Positions 21,721 through 34,975 of a stretch of DNA of 64,000 nucleotides are shown here, piece after piece. The stretch is from assembly GCF_009914755.1 (NCBI RefSeq), contig NC_060944.1; one strand, 5' to 3'. Every line of letters begins with the position of its first letter. Position 1 is the stretch's first letter. The translations under genes were made by a program, and so were the position numbers. The DNA comes from the human T2T-CHM13v2.0 reference genome, Homo sapiens. The notes beneath the pieces are model-generated. The model was not told the origin of the DNA. It was given only the letters and a program-made list of their open reading frames with translations, and searched no databases.

Positions 21721-23789
21721 GTCGGGTGGAGCAGAGTCTCATTCACATTGAGAAACCAACTGCAAGCAGGAGGAGACGTTCCCCGGAGCTGCAGCCAGGA
21801 GACCGCTCTGTGCGTCTAAGCAGAGAGAACACAAAGCATGGCGGGGCAGGCAGAGGACGCCCTCCTCCCTCCCCGCTGGGCACAGCCTTCTTTGCCAGGT
21901 GCATGCCAGCCCTGGGGAGAGGAGACAGAGCCTCTTGCGGGGTCTCAGAGCAAGGACAGGAGATGAGCCTGGGAAGGCCTGCTTCTGCCAACGAGGACCC
22001 TCTGAGACCCTGGGTCTGGGAGCCCAACACGCATGCAGGTATACACACATGTGCACACACACATGCATGCACACACACCATGTGGACAGCAGGCGGTTCA
22101 CAGGAAGACTTGGGGGTGCTGCACCCAGACGAGGGGGAAGGCTGAGTAGGTGAATTGCCAGCTGTTCCCTCCAGGTGCTCACAATTCGCTCAACACACAT
22201 CTCCCTGTCCACTGGGTACCAAGCCTGCGCCAGATTCCCGCAGAGCCAGGTGGAAGGCAGATGGCTTTGGGGGGCACAAAAATTAAGGGAACTTGGCTGC
22301 TTTTGCCCACTAGGTGTGAGCCCTTGAGTCAAGGGCTCACCAGGAGGCTCTGGCCTCCAGGCAGATGGCAGAGATACACTTGTTGATATATGTTTGACGA
22401 CTGCGTGAGTCAGACCATCCGGCTGAATCAGAGCCCGGAGGAAATACATGATTGAAAACCAGGCCCATTACAGAGCAGCCAGCTCTCCACGGAGCCATGT
22501 CAGGTTTGAATTAGAAGATTCTTGGCTTCTTAGCCGTGGAAGGAGAAGGAACCCTGGATAATTTGGGATTTGGAGGGAGTGGTGAGACCTGGTCCCAGTG
22601 GGGGAGACCTGGGCTGGGAGGGTCAACGGAGCAGGAGAGAGCCTGGGAAGGGAGGGAAGCTGCAAGAGCAAACTCCCACAGCACACAACCAGGGTGACCC
22701 TCAGCCCCAACTGCTTGAGACTGAGAGGGCTCCAGCTCCCAGGTCTCCGGACTTGCTGTTTTAAAACCTCGAAAGTCCCAGGAAAACCAGAGTGAGTTGT
22801 TTGTCCTACCCTGAGCCTCCCAGCCTGCCAGTGCCATCTTACTTAGGCAACCTGCAGACACCATGTGGAACAGCCATCCCAGCTCACTTGAGGCCCAAAA
22901 CTGGATTGCCGAGTGTCTATAACGCTGACAGGGACCTCACATAACTCTGGTGGCCAATCACTCTCCATCCTCAGCCTAGCGCACAAGACAGCCACGGCAA
23001 CGCCCCGAGTGTGTCCCACTCAGGCAAAGGCAGAGTGTGTGACCCCCCTCCAGGCCATCCTTCTCCCACCCAGCCTCTCCAGCTGCCCTGCAGCCACCAG
23101 GGTGAGCCCTGGCCTCTGTGTGGAATGAAGTGTGTGCACATCACAGGAGGCTCACAGCAGCCTGGTGACCTAGGGGCCACGTCATGCTTTTCACACACAG
23201 GAAACTGGGGGTCCAGGCCTGGTGAAGCTGGAATTCGAAATCACCTCCTCTCCAGCCTGCCACCCCGACCTGCCCTCAGCATCCCTGGCCTTCCCGGGGC
23301 TTATCCCATGCAGCAGCCGCTGCACTTGTGGGCAGCCACGCCTGCTTCCTCTTCTGGTTCTTCCCTGAGAACACAGCTCATGTTTCCAGAAAGCTGGCCA
23401 AGGTCCAAGGGGCGGCCTGGGAATGTGAAGGACAAGGATGCCGATGACTGAGGCTTGATCGGCCTGTAGCACAGCCCCCAGAATCTGCCAACAGCCCCAG
23501 AGATGCTTGGAGCGCAGCCAGCGTGAGGCTGGAAAGCGGCTCCGCCCTCCTTGCCCGCCTGCGAACACTCACTGTGCGTACACATGTGCAGGTGCCGCTC
23601 TGTTTTTAAAGATCCTCCTTGGAACACCGTCCGTCCTGGAACACGTGCAATTTCCATGCTGTGGGTGGGAAAATCTATAGCCAGGCTCTACCGATTATGT
23701 TTATTACGTATCTTCTGTGCCTCTAACACGTCCACGTTTCTGCCCCACCCGCCTTCGTCCTCATAGGAAACCAACTACTCTGCCACTGA

Positions 23790-23863
23790 CATAATAAATG
23801 CCTGTTGTTTTAAGCCACTGAGTGTGGGGGCATTTCGTTATGCAGCAATAGATAACTGATTCA
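23790..23863 (+). mobile_element. MLT1 LTR 3' end fragment
   Basis: AATAAATGCCTGTTGTTTTAAGCCACTGAGT...GTTATGCAGCAATAGATAACTGA. Confidence 0.75.
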
Positions 23864-24119
23864 GGTGTTATTGTCAACTTAATTTTTTCAATTTTAATAA
23901 GAAGCCTTCCTGCTAGCAAGAGTCACCCAACAGCGGTTGGGGGCCTGAGGGAAGAGAAGGTTGGAGGCTGGAGAGATGGTGGCTCTCCTACATTTGGAAG
24001 CCTGAAGCCTGCTGCAAACCAGTGACGGGTTTCGCACATCCTGCTGGCATGGCCTCATCCTGTTCACCATTGCATCTGCTCCACTAGTGCAACACAAACC
24101 CAGTGAGCGCCAACTGAGC

Positions 24120-24237
24120 GTTGGAGGGACTCAGGGTAAGCTAGCCAATGAAATAAGCACGGACCCCCACCCGTGCCGGGCAGTGTTGGAGGGACTCAGG
24201 GTAAGCTAGCCAATGAAACAAGCAGGGACCCCCACCC
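24120..24237. repeat. 65-bp period duplication containing AGCCAATG
   Basis: GTTGGAGGGACTCAGGGTAAGCTAGCCAATGAAA at 24120 and 24185. Confidence 0.9.
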
Positions 24238-25312
24238 TTGGGAGCGTGCTTCCAAGGACCTCTTGTGTGGTGACTCTTTGGACGTGATTGTCACCCCAGG
24301 CACAGATGACTACCTTGCTTGGTAATAAGGACATGCCTCGCTCACACCACTCAGGAAATCACAGAAAGCCAGGCTGTCCCCAGCACGCTGGCTGCCCCAG
24401 CTCAGCACGCCTGCTGCACCCTAGAATCACAGCCGTGCCCGTGGACCTCGGTCCTCGCTGCCCATGGGACCGGCCGGCTCCTCAACAGGCAGCATTGGGA
24501 GTGTTGGGATCGGGGCAGCAGGTCCCCAAGGCTCTCCAACTTGCAGGAGACACTCGCCCCCGGAGCCCTGCCCCCCACAAGGCGTGCCCGACTTCACGTG
24601 TCAGTGAAGGCATCCGGCTGGCCAAGGGTGTGGCTGCATCCCCAATGGGCATGACCGGACCTGGCCTGGCCCTTCCCAAGCACCTCACCGGCACTTTCTT
24701 TAAAGAGTCTCAGCTGTTTAGGAAGGGCTTCTGTCTGCAGAAATCAGAAGAGAAAGGGGCAAACAACGTGGAGTTAAGAGCTTCCAGCCGCTGAGCCATC
24801 CGGTTTGTGAGTGCACAGAAGAGCTCAGAACGGCCGAGCGGCGTGGCTGCCAGGGGTCCCCACCAGAGGCCTGCCATCTGCCTTGTGTAGAACAAGGCCT
24901 TCCAAGTGACATTTTCCTATGTGGTTTTAAGCAAATGCTCCAACACAATATTTGCACTATGTTGCCTTTTATGATTTTGTAAGCTCCCAGGCCAACTCAC
25001 AGATAAATCTTTGAAAATAAGGGCAGCTTAGCCAAAAGGTCAGGGGTTTAAAAACCAAACAATGAGCTTAGGCAGAGGGAGAGCACAATCGCTGCATCCT
25101 CCTGCTTTGGCTGGCAGAGGGACAGACTCCAGTGGCCATTGCTGTGGACTTCCTCTTTGTGGGGGTCTCGACAGAGGCGCCTGATGGCCCAGCCCGTGGT
25201 CAGGCCCCAGTGTTACCAAGACAGTGGTGAGCGCCTGGACCTCACACTGTCCAGCACCTGTACTCCCTGGCATGGTGTGGACGCTAAGGTCCCCGCCCAA
25301 ACCTCTGTACTT

Positions 25313-25666
<354 letters not shown>

Positions 25667-25769
25667 CTATTCTAGTTGGATGGAACACCTCACCTCACAC
25701 CCGACAGCCCATTCGACCTCGTTCATTCCCCGTGGAGACCCATCAGTAACAGCCCTGCTCTTCATTCAG

Positions 25770-25880
25770 CCGCTATTCCCATTTTACAGACGACTCAATC
25801 GAGGCACAGAGACGCTAAGCACACTCGCCCAAATGTGAAGTAGCAGGGCCAACATTCAATCCTATCTACTGGCTTCCAGC
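25770..25880 (-). mobile_element. MIR fragment
   Basis: CCCATTTTACAGA...GAGGCACAGAGA. Confidence 0.6.
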
Positions 25881-25899
25881 AAAGGGATCACTGGCGTTT

Positions 25900-25907
25900 C
25901 CTTTGAT
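25900..25907 (+). promoter_or_regulatory. Candidate TCF/LEF site CCTTTGAT upstream of NTSR1
   Basis: Exact TCF/LEF consensus. A second CTTTGAT lies at 26750-26756. NTSR1 is described as a Wnt/beta-catenin target, but I cannot tell which site is functional. Confidence 0.4.
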
Positions 25908-27169
25908 GCCAAGATTTCTAAGCTCTGATGTTTGTGAGCTGCAGCCCCCTGACAAGAGTATCAGGCTCCGGTTGAACAGAGAAGTCCAAAGCAGGGCGAG
26001 AACGGACGAATAATCACAGAGTCCCGCTGCCAGCCACCGGCTCAGAAGCCTTGAATTCTCCTAGCTGGGCGGGCCCGGGAGGGGGTTCCTCAGCCTCCCG
26101 CTTCCCTCAACACCCTGCGACCCCCGCCCCAGCCTGCCCAGGTTTCCTGCTCCCAGCACAGCAGGTGCAGCCAGCCATGTGCACAAAGGCCAGGCTGGTT
26201 CCCTGGGCTGCACTCGAGCAGCTCCTCCCAGCCCTGCACACATGGGGCAGCAGCTCTACCCAACCTCTCCCCGGGGTTCTGGGGAGGAGGGAGCAGGGGA
26301 GGGGGCGGGGAGGGCCCAGAGAAGGGACAGTAGTGCCCTGGGGGCCCCTGGGCAACCCAGACATGGAGGGGGGGGCAAGCTTGTGCCTGGCCACCTATGC
26401 CAGTGCCACCAGGTGCTGGGGGGGACACGGAAAGGACAGGAATCTTGCCCTCACCTGGCTCCCGAGCCAGGGGCCGGGGCACCCTGTGAGGACACTCAGA
26501 GGGAGGGAGTGTGCAAAGCCTGCAGGGCCTGGGAGGATGCGTGCTGGGGCTGCCCCTCCCAAATCCTGCTGGGGCGCAGGCTCTCAGGGTGGCTTCTGAT
26601 GACAAATCCAGGCAGTAATAAGGGGCCCAGGGCATCACATCCCATAGCGTCATGAGACCAGCCCAGGGTGCCAGATGCAGGGCCCTGAGTGGGGAGGGTG
26701 CTGCTCTGGGCACCTGCTTTCTGCCCTCCCTCATTCACCCCTCCCCAGACTTTGATGAAACCATCTGTGGCTCCCGGCCTCTGCAGGACCCAGCCCCTCA
26801 GCTCCTCAGCCCCTGCAGGTGTCCCTCGGTACTGCCTCACGCCATCCTGCCCCAGGTGATAACTATGCCCTGAGCCCCCACCATTTCCACTGGGCACATC
26901 CCAGAAATACGCATTCACAGACCAGGCACGCCCATGACTGCGGCCAGATTTTAAAAGGAATCACCAGAAATGTAATCTCCAGTGGTCCTAGAGCCCCCTG
27001 GGCACCCAGCTTCTGGCACCCTGTGGACACCCAGGAGTGGGGGTCGGCCCAACCAGCTGCGCAGCCGCCCAGCCCTGCCAGCGGGGAGCTTCCTCCCTCC
27101 CTGCCCTCCGGATACACCCTCACCCCAACTGAGCGAGCCCAGGGTTGGGGGAGGTGCATAGTTCCCTTC

Positions 27170-28670
27170 CTAGCCGGTGCGAGAAATTGCGGAGAACAGG
27201 GAAGAGGGTGGCAGGAAGGGTCTGGTGCACGATACCCGCCGCGCCCGCTCGGAATCCTGGTTCCCTGGAGCGCTCACCCCAGCCCGCCCTGCCCCGGGGA
27301 GCGCGAGGGGGCGACCCGCCAGGCTGCACCCGGGCGGGGCGGGGATGGCGGCGGGGGCTGCCTCCCTCCTCCGCCGCCACCCCCCACTGCTGGGCGCGCC
27401 GCGCGGCCGCCGGCTCCGTGGAGACGCGCAGAGCCGGGAGGGCGCGGGCGCGGCGGGAGGTGTGCGGGGCTGGGGTGCGCGGAGAGCGCGAGGGAGGAGA
27501 TTCTGAGCGAGGGAGGGGAGCGCGCCCGGGCAGCAGTGCGTGCGCTCCTCCCGGCGCCACAAGCTCGCCCCGCGCAGCCCGAGCCGGGCTGGGCGCTGTC
27601 CTCGGGGGCCTGGGGAACCGCGCGGTTTGGAGATCGGAGGCACCTGGAACCCGTGGCAAGCGCCGAGCCGGGAGACAGCCCGAGGAACCACGGGTTCTGG
27701 AGCTAGGAGCCGGAAGCTGGGAGTCCGGAGGAGAGCGGAGCCCGGAGCCCGGAGCCCGGGGCGGCGCGTCTGGGTCTGGCGCTTCCCGACTGGACGGCGC
27801 GCCCGCTGGTCTTCGCCACGCGCCCTCCCCTGGGCTCCCGTTCATCGGTCCCCGCCTGAGACGCGCCCACTCCTGCCCGGACTTCCAGCCCCGGAGGCGC
27901 CGGACAGAGCCGCGGACTCCAGCGCCCACCATGCGCCTCAACAGCTCCGCGCCGGGAACCCCGGGCACGCCGGCCGCCGACCCCTTCCAGCGGGCGCAGG
28001 CCGGACTGGAGGAGGCGCTGCTGGCCCCGGGCTTCGGCAACGCTTCGGGCAACGCGTCGGAGCGCGTCCTGGCGGCACCCAGCAGCGAGCTGGACGTGAA
28101 CACCGACATCTACTCCAAGGTGCTGGTGACCGCCGTGTACCTGGCGCTCTTCGTGGTGGGCACGGTGGGCAACACGGTGACGGCGTTCACGCTGGCGCGG
28201 AAGAAGTCGCTGCAGAGCCTGCAGAGCACGGTGCATTACCACCTGGGCAGCCTGGCGCTGTCCGACCTGCTCACCCTGCTGCTGGCCATGCCCGTGGAGC
28301 TGTACAACTTCATCTGGGTGCACCACCCCTGGGCCTTCGGCGACGCCGGCTGCCGCGGCTACTACTTCCTGCGCGACGCCTGCACCTACGCCACGGCCCT
28401 CAACGTGGCCAGCCTGAGTGTGGAGCGCTACCTGGCCATCTGCCACCCCTTCAAGGCCAAGACCCTCATGTCCCGAAGCCGCACCAAGAAGTTCATCAGC
28501 GCCATCTGGCTCGCCTCGGCCCTGCTGGCGGTGCCTATGCTGTTCACCATGGGCGAGCAGAACCGCAGCGCCGACGGCCAGCACGCCGGCGGCCTGGTGT
28601 GCACCCCCACCATCCACACTGCCACCGTCAAGGTCGTCATACAGGTGAGCCTCAGTAACCAGCCCCGGGG
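27170..28670 (+). promoter_or_regulatory. NTSR1: CpG island / TATA-less promoter, 5' UTR and exon 1 of NTSR1
   Basis: Sharp rise in CpG density, tandem GC boxes GGGCGGGGCGGGG (~27332-27344), CACCC motifs and no TATA box. TSS probably ~27500-27570 (inferred). Confidence 0.9.
27931..28644 (+). CDS. NTSR1: Neurotensin receptor type 1, coding part of exon 1 (aa 1-238; N-terminus, TM1-TM4, ECL2, start of TM5)
   Basis: CCCACC-ATG at 27931. Translation [31 protein letters not shown]... carries class A GPCR motifs GN (TM1), LALSD (TM2), ERY (TM3), the TM4 Trp and an ECL2 Cys. Ends at donor CAG|GTGAGC (28644/28645), phase 0, 714 nt. Very high GC3. Later exons lie outside the window. Confidence 0.98.
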
Positions 28671-29099
28671 CTCCCCTCTCCTTCACCCCAAAAGCAGTGC
28701 CAGTGGTGTGCCTTCTGGGTAGGGAGTGGGAGAGATGTCACAGAGACAGTCTACTCCTGCGAGGCTGGGAAGGCGGTTGGGGCAGCTTGGGGGCAGCTCC
28801 AGAGTTGCCAGGCTCAGCCCCTATCTTCTTCCCTCCTGTTGAGGGGATGGAGCCCCTGCCTGTGACCTCTCTGGTGTTGGTGGCTGGGCCTCGGACATCT
28901 CTGAATTCCTTAAGCCTAATGGAAACATGTGCGCTGGCACCTGCGTCTCCAAAGGAAGAGTAACACTTTCATCAGCTTCTCAAAAGACTGTGCCACCAAC
29001 AGGTGATGTTCCTTCCTCTGCAGAGAAGCCCCCAGACTGGCTCTGCCGGTGCCTCCCAGCTGCCTGCCCTGACCCAAACTTGGGAGTCAGAACAGAACC

Positions 29100-29255
29100 T
29101 GATGCCGTGTTGGGCCAGTTCCTAGTTTAGCCTCAGCTTTCCCATCTGTGTGATGGGGTAGTGATAGCATTGACCTCAGAAGGTAGAGCATTGGAGAGAG
29201 GACGCGTGGGAAGTGTTTGCATGGCCCCTGACACACAGAAGGGCTCACAGGCACT
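29100..29255 (+). mobile_element. MIR fragment
   Basis: GCCTCAGCTTTCCCATCTGTG.ATGGGG.TAGTGATAG. Confidence 0.6.
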
Positions 29256-30254
29256 ATTATTGCGGGATGGTGGGGACGATGTTTCTGCGGGGAAGGTTGT
29301 GAGGATCTGCGTGTGGCGGCGGTGTTGTGGTGAGGTGTGTAAAACTGGAGCCGAGTGACTAAGGGCCCTCCAAGGGTCTGAGCAAAGCGCCGTGGGAATG
29401 CGGGTGGGAAGCCCCCTTGGGAATCAGTTTGGCTGAGGTTCGTGGCACGGGGGGTTCCAGTGCTGGAGGGGAGGGCTGATCAAACCAAAGCCCCGAGCAG
29501 GAGGCTGGTGTCCAGGGAGGAAGTCAGGGCCGGTCGGGAACTTTGAAAGGCATCTTGGAAATGAGCAGCCTTAGAAGTGTGGGGTTTCCTCCATTTCTGG
29601 TGGGCTAAGGAAGCCAGAGGGTGAAGGATCCGGGCAGAGTCGCCTACCTCTGCCCAGCTAGAGGGGCCAGGGTGGCTGGCTGTCCCCCCAACTCCCCACA
29701 CACCAGCATCGCCAGCCTCCCAGCTAAGCTTCTGTAGTTGCCTGGGCACCCCGCGTATGCCAGTATGCCCGGTGGGGGTGAGGGCAGCAGTGCCGGGCAG
29801 GGGGTCACCTGTCTGTCACTCCCTGGGCCCTAACTGACCCTCCACTGGCCACCACCCAGGTGGGCTGGGGGGTGGAGGAGGGTAGAACTGAGCTCCCAGT
29901 CTCCCTGGCTGCACATAGAACTGGTGGCTACAGGTGTCCCATCTCGGGGAGGCCCCTCCCACAGACACTGGTGGCAGGCAGTGAGTCAGGGCTGCTTTGC
30001 TTCTGCGGCGAGAGTCCCTCCCCTCACCAGAGGCAGAAGTAGGCACGGCCTGTGGGGTAAACACAGTGAGAAATGACCTCTCCCTCCCTTTGAGGCTTTA
30101 TCTGCTCTCCCCAAGCTCCTGTCTTTGATTGGCATTGGCCAGGGGGAACCTCTCCCCAGTCCGCGTGGAGGGGCCCCAGGGGCGACAGCCACTCAGTCCT
30201 TCAGAAGGTGGGCAGTGGAGGGGTCAGCGCTGTCACTGCCCACCCAGGAGATGC

Positions 30255-30341
30255 CCCCACTCAGACCCCGGATCCCCCCACTCAGACCCCCGTTCCCCCC
30301 GCTCAGATCCCCGATCCCCCCGCTCAGAACCCCGATCCCCC
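30255..30341. repeat. ~21-bp C-rich tandem repeat x4 (CCCRCTCAGACCCCGATCCCC)
   Basis: CTCAGA recurs four times. Confidence 0.85.
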
Positions 30342-32527
30342 TGCTCCCCTGGCAAAAGGCCAGGAGCTCACCAGCCTCCTGCAGTCCTCAAAAACAAACA
30401 GCCGAAAAGCACAGGGGCGTGAGGACAGCTCGGCTCCGCCCCCCGGAAAGTGTCCTCCCCGCGTGCGTGGGCTCTCTGCCAGGTACTTGGGATTGGGCAC
30501 CTGGGGGACATCACTTTGCCTCCCAAAGCACCACCTGCCCAGCCTTGTTGCTCAGAGGCTGCGAGGCAGATTTGGCCAAGTCACGCTACGGCCGGCCACA
30601 GGCACTCGTCCAATCGCAGAGGCCTGTGACGTATCAACCGTAGGACAGCGGCCCCACGCCCTGCAGACGCCATGCTGGCCGAGCGTTGCTGAAGGCACCC
30701 TTGGAGAACGTAGTTTCCATTTTTCTTTAAAGGGCTCAGCTGCGTGCCTGGGAGCAGCTGATTACAAGGGTGCTCCTCCATCCGATGCTGATGACCTGGG
30801 GCTTTCCAGGGCCCCGATGCCAGCTGCTCTGTGTGCTTGAAAAGAACATTCCTCATAGGAGAGGCCTTGGCTTCCCCTGACCCCTGCCCCGCCATTTGCC
30901 ATTTTATGAAAGGTTTCCCCGGAATTAGGGGGTTTACGGTCCCCACGTGGGCTTCTGGGCCATTGGCAGATCTGGGCAAACATCCACGGTTTTCAGATGG
31001 TGATGTCTGGCTGAAGAGGGGCTGGATACCCTGAGCTAAGTGTCTCCCTCTCAGTGACCATGTTTGGAAGTGTTGGGGCAGTGGCCAATCAAATGGCCCC
31101 TCTTTCCAAAACAGGGGTCCTTTCCTGCCCCAGCGTCTCCTACGAAATTTTGGCCTGGGCACTTGCAAACAGAAATTGTGTTTAGAAATGAGGTGGTTCA
31201 GTGATAACACTTTGGAGCAACTTACAATAATCCTCCCTGAAGCCAGCTGGGCATTTTCCTAGTGTGTAGCTGGGACTGGGAGTTGATGGTGGAGTGGGCA
31301 GGGCTCTCAGGTCAGCAGACAGGACCTGGTGCCCAGGACCCTCCCAAAGGCCCCAGACCTGGCCCTGGTGCCAGCAGGGTGACTGGGAGGAGGAGCTGGG
31401 GGCTCAGGGACCTACGGGTGCCCCTGGGTTCCCCTGGACTGTCCTACCCATCCTCTAACCCACCCGCACACGTGGCCCCACACGGGCAGATGGCCCTTGC
31501 TTCTTGGATGGTCCCCCATGGCCCAGGCCCAACCTCCAGCTCAGCTTTGACCTCGGCTGTGACAGGGTCCCAGTGGCACACGATCTGTGTGGCAGGGCTC
31601 AGGGCTGATGGCCCAGATGGTGGGTCATCAGAGTCCCATGCTTATCTGTCATCTGTCCATGGCGTGTATACTGAACGTGTGCACACATGTGTGTGTCCAG
31701 GGGCCCACAGTGGCAGGGGCCTGGGACTTCAGGTGTCCGATTCAAATCAGATGAGGTGGCTGCAGCCTTTGAAACAGTTTTAGAGACCCGCCCCTGACTA
31801 TGGCCACACACGAAAGCAAACCCTCCCAGCCTCACAGGCACGAGTCCATTAGACCCTCCTGAGCAGCCGTGAGGACTCCTTTCATCATTGCCATTTTCTG
31901 CACCAAGGGAGTCCTGCTCCTGCAGGCTCAGCCTCCCTGCCTCCTCCTTGTTTTCTCTGAAAGCCTTCTTCATATTGAGTACAAACAGCAGTGCTCTTCG
32001 CTGGGTTAGACCCCAACTCAGAGGGCACCTGCTCCCTCCCAGGGGCAGACAGGGGCCTCAATTTGTGCAGGAGGCGCTGGTGTCCTACAACCCCTGCTCC
32101 AGAGGCGTCCAGGAGCAGACAGATCACAGGGCGACTTGGCAAACACCCCAGCCGTTCAGGGCTGGCAGAATTCCGGGAAAGGAGAGGCGGCTGAGACAGG
32201 GAAGGAGACAGGTTCCAGTGAAATCTGGCCATGGATTATTTCAGGGCTCCTGTCCCGTGCCCCAGGCTGTGCCCAGCAACCTCCACAGGCAGCATCCTTG
32301 TTCTTAGGAAGGATACAGAGGTGTTTAGAGTGTGGAGTCTGCAACTTATTCTCAAATCATTCAGAAAGAAAGGTGTGGCCAAATGGAAGGAGAGCAAGCA
32401 GACAGTGAATCAAGGGAGGAGACTGCTTGCGGGTCATGCGGCATTGGGCTGCAGCCCTGCCACAGGCAGCTGAGTGTCCTGGGCATTCTTCCTGCAACTG
32501 TTCTGCAGTAGGAACTTTTTCAAGTTA

Positions 32528-32854
<327 letters not shown>

Positions 32855-33049
32855 TTAGGAACAGCCTGCTCCACTCTGACCTCCCGTGAGGACGGGAAGG
32901 GGACCCACGCCACGCAGCTGTGGGCAGCTCTGGCTCTGGCCGTAGCGGCCACAGTGTCCTCACCTGCAGCGCAGGGCATAGAGGGCTGTTGGTGTGGGGC
33001 CAAGAGTCACACACTTCCTCCAGTCTGAGCCCATGACCCTTTAGAGGAA

Positions 33050-33862
33050 AGGAATGGAGTATTTTTCCTGCCTTTTCTATTCAAACGGTACTTTAGAATA
33101 ACCCAAGAGTAGATAAAAGGCAGTGTCTCAGCCCAGAAATGTTCATCAATAAGTGAAGAAGGAGCAGGATGGTCAGAATACCACCCATCAGGTGCAATCC
33201 TCATAAATCAATGGATGTAGGCATGGATTCTTGACAGCTGCTGGGGTCACGAAGGGGAGAGAGTTAGGTGTGAGGTGAGCCCTGGTGTGCACACAGCCTC
33301 GTGGCATCCTTGGAGCAAAGCCATTGAATCTGAATCTCATGGAGCCCCTGATCCAACACACAGGACACACCAGGGACAGAGGAACAGGGACAAATGTACC
33401 ATTAGGATGCAGCCAGCAAAACCCAGACCACAAGAAACAGCTCCAAATAAACAACTCGTTCTGTTCTACAAACAGTGAGGGAATCGGAGACGGTGGCCTG
33501 GTTTCTTAGCAAAGACTCGGACAAGTCAACCTGTCGCAGAAAGCCGGCACCAAAGCTGATCATTCTTCCTGCCAAGAAACAGCAAAAAAGCCTAGGTAGT
33601 GAATAGCTACAAATTCTTGTTGTCCAGAGCTGTTGTGGGTATGGTTTTCAAAATGGTCCTGCTCTCTTAGAGGTACATGCGGAAATGTTTACAGACAAAA
33701 TGATGCAATGTCTCAGATTTACTGAAGCGTGATCTGGGGGAAGGGGCTGTGGGAGGGCTACAGAGGAGACAAGATTGGTCTTAAGTCTGTAATCATGGAA
33801 AGTGAGTGTTGATGACATTTTTGGCATGTTTGAAAAATTTAGTAATTAAAAGTTTTCAAAAG
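33050..33862 (+). mobile_element. L1MC4/5-like 3' end fragments (another piece at ~32290-32530)
   Basis: TCTTAGAG..ACAT..GAAAT.TTTACAGA..AAATGAT...ATGTCT and ATGTTTGAAA..TT...AAT.AAAAG resemble the recalled 3' end. Confidence 0.6.
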
Positions 33863-34739
33863 GTTAAGGTGCTATATGTTGGAAATAAAGAATTTGGCGT
33901 ATGAAATCACCGTTCAGATGGTGACTCTGAGGCTGTGGGGGGTGAGAGGGCAGGACAGGGAGGTGACCTTGGCCTTGTTCCAGGCACCAGACCTGCCTGT
34001 TGGAGCCAGGTGGGAGACGGCAGGGTGAGGACGTGCAGACATGCGGGTCCACCTCTGTACCCCGTAACCCCGTTTCCCAGATGAAGCAGAGGGCAGAGCC
34101 ACCTGTGCACATCACGTGGCTGGAGAGAGACAGGGCCTGGAGGTGCTCTCAGAAGGGAAGGCCTAGCCTGACCCTGTGGTGCTCCCCGTGGGGACAACGG
34201 TCAGGCTTTTGAGTGAGATGGGCAAGGGTGGGAACGTGAGGGGCCCAGAGCTGGCCATGGCTGGCTCTGACTGGGCTTGGAGTCCTCGAGAGTGACTTGG
34301 CCCAGAGTGGTTCAGGCTCACCTGTTCACAGCTCTGCATTGTGACCCGGGGTCAGCTCTCCCGGGCTGTCCTGCACTTGGACTGACAGCATTCTGAGGAT
34401 GTTCAACTCCAAGGACAAATGGGGTCCTGGGGCTGTGCCTGCAGTTCTGTGGGTACTGAGGGCAGCAAGGGGGTACAGCCACCCTGTGCTTGCCAAGAAC
34501 CACCACAAGCCACCCCACAGGTGAGGCAGGCCTCAGGCAGCAGCCCAGGGATCTCCAGGTCTGTTCTCAGGGGCACTGGGGCTCCCAGCTGGTAACATCT
34601 GATGATGGGCAGAGAGGGCCCTGGGCTGAGCAGGGCCCGAGAGGACGTCCGACCTGTGCACGAACCAGAGGCTGCCTTCGTTTTTCTCAATCAAATCTCA
34701 CGTGGTGATCTAGTAGTTTGTATTAAGAGAAGAAAGAAG

Positions 34740-34975
34740 CTTTTCTTTATTTTTGATTCATGGTGAAACACACATCACTTAAAATGTGCTGTTTTACCAT
34801 CTGGAAGGGCACAGTTGAGCGGCGTGAAGCACGTTCACATTGCTGTGCAACCGTCGCCACCATCCACCTCCAGAACCTTCTCTCTCCCCAGACTGAAACT
34901 CTGTCCCCATTAAACCCTGACCCCCAGCGCCTGGTAACCTCTTTTCTGCTTTCTGGCTCGGTGAGGTGGATGACT
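34740..34975 (-). mobile_element. L1MB-type 3' end fragment
   Basis: CACATTGCTGTGCAACCGTCGCCACCATCCACCTCCAGAAC...GACTGAAACTCTGTCCCCATTAAAC. Confidence 0.75.

Noticed and set aside
27540-28686. Overlapping 372-aa (+) and 327-aa (-) ORFs, plus the 329-aa and 295-aa ORFs across the promoter
   Set aside because: These are expected shadows of very high GC3 and CpG-island composition, with Arg/Pro/Gly/Ala-rich translations and no domains.
27145-28722. 525-aa ORF taken as the full protein
   Set aside because: It starts at a non-ATG codon upstream of the likely TSS and runs past the splice donor. The true coding exon is 27931-28644.
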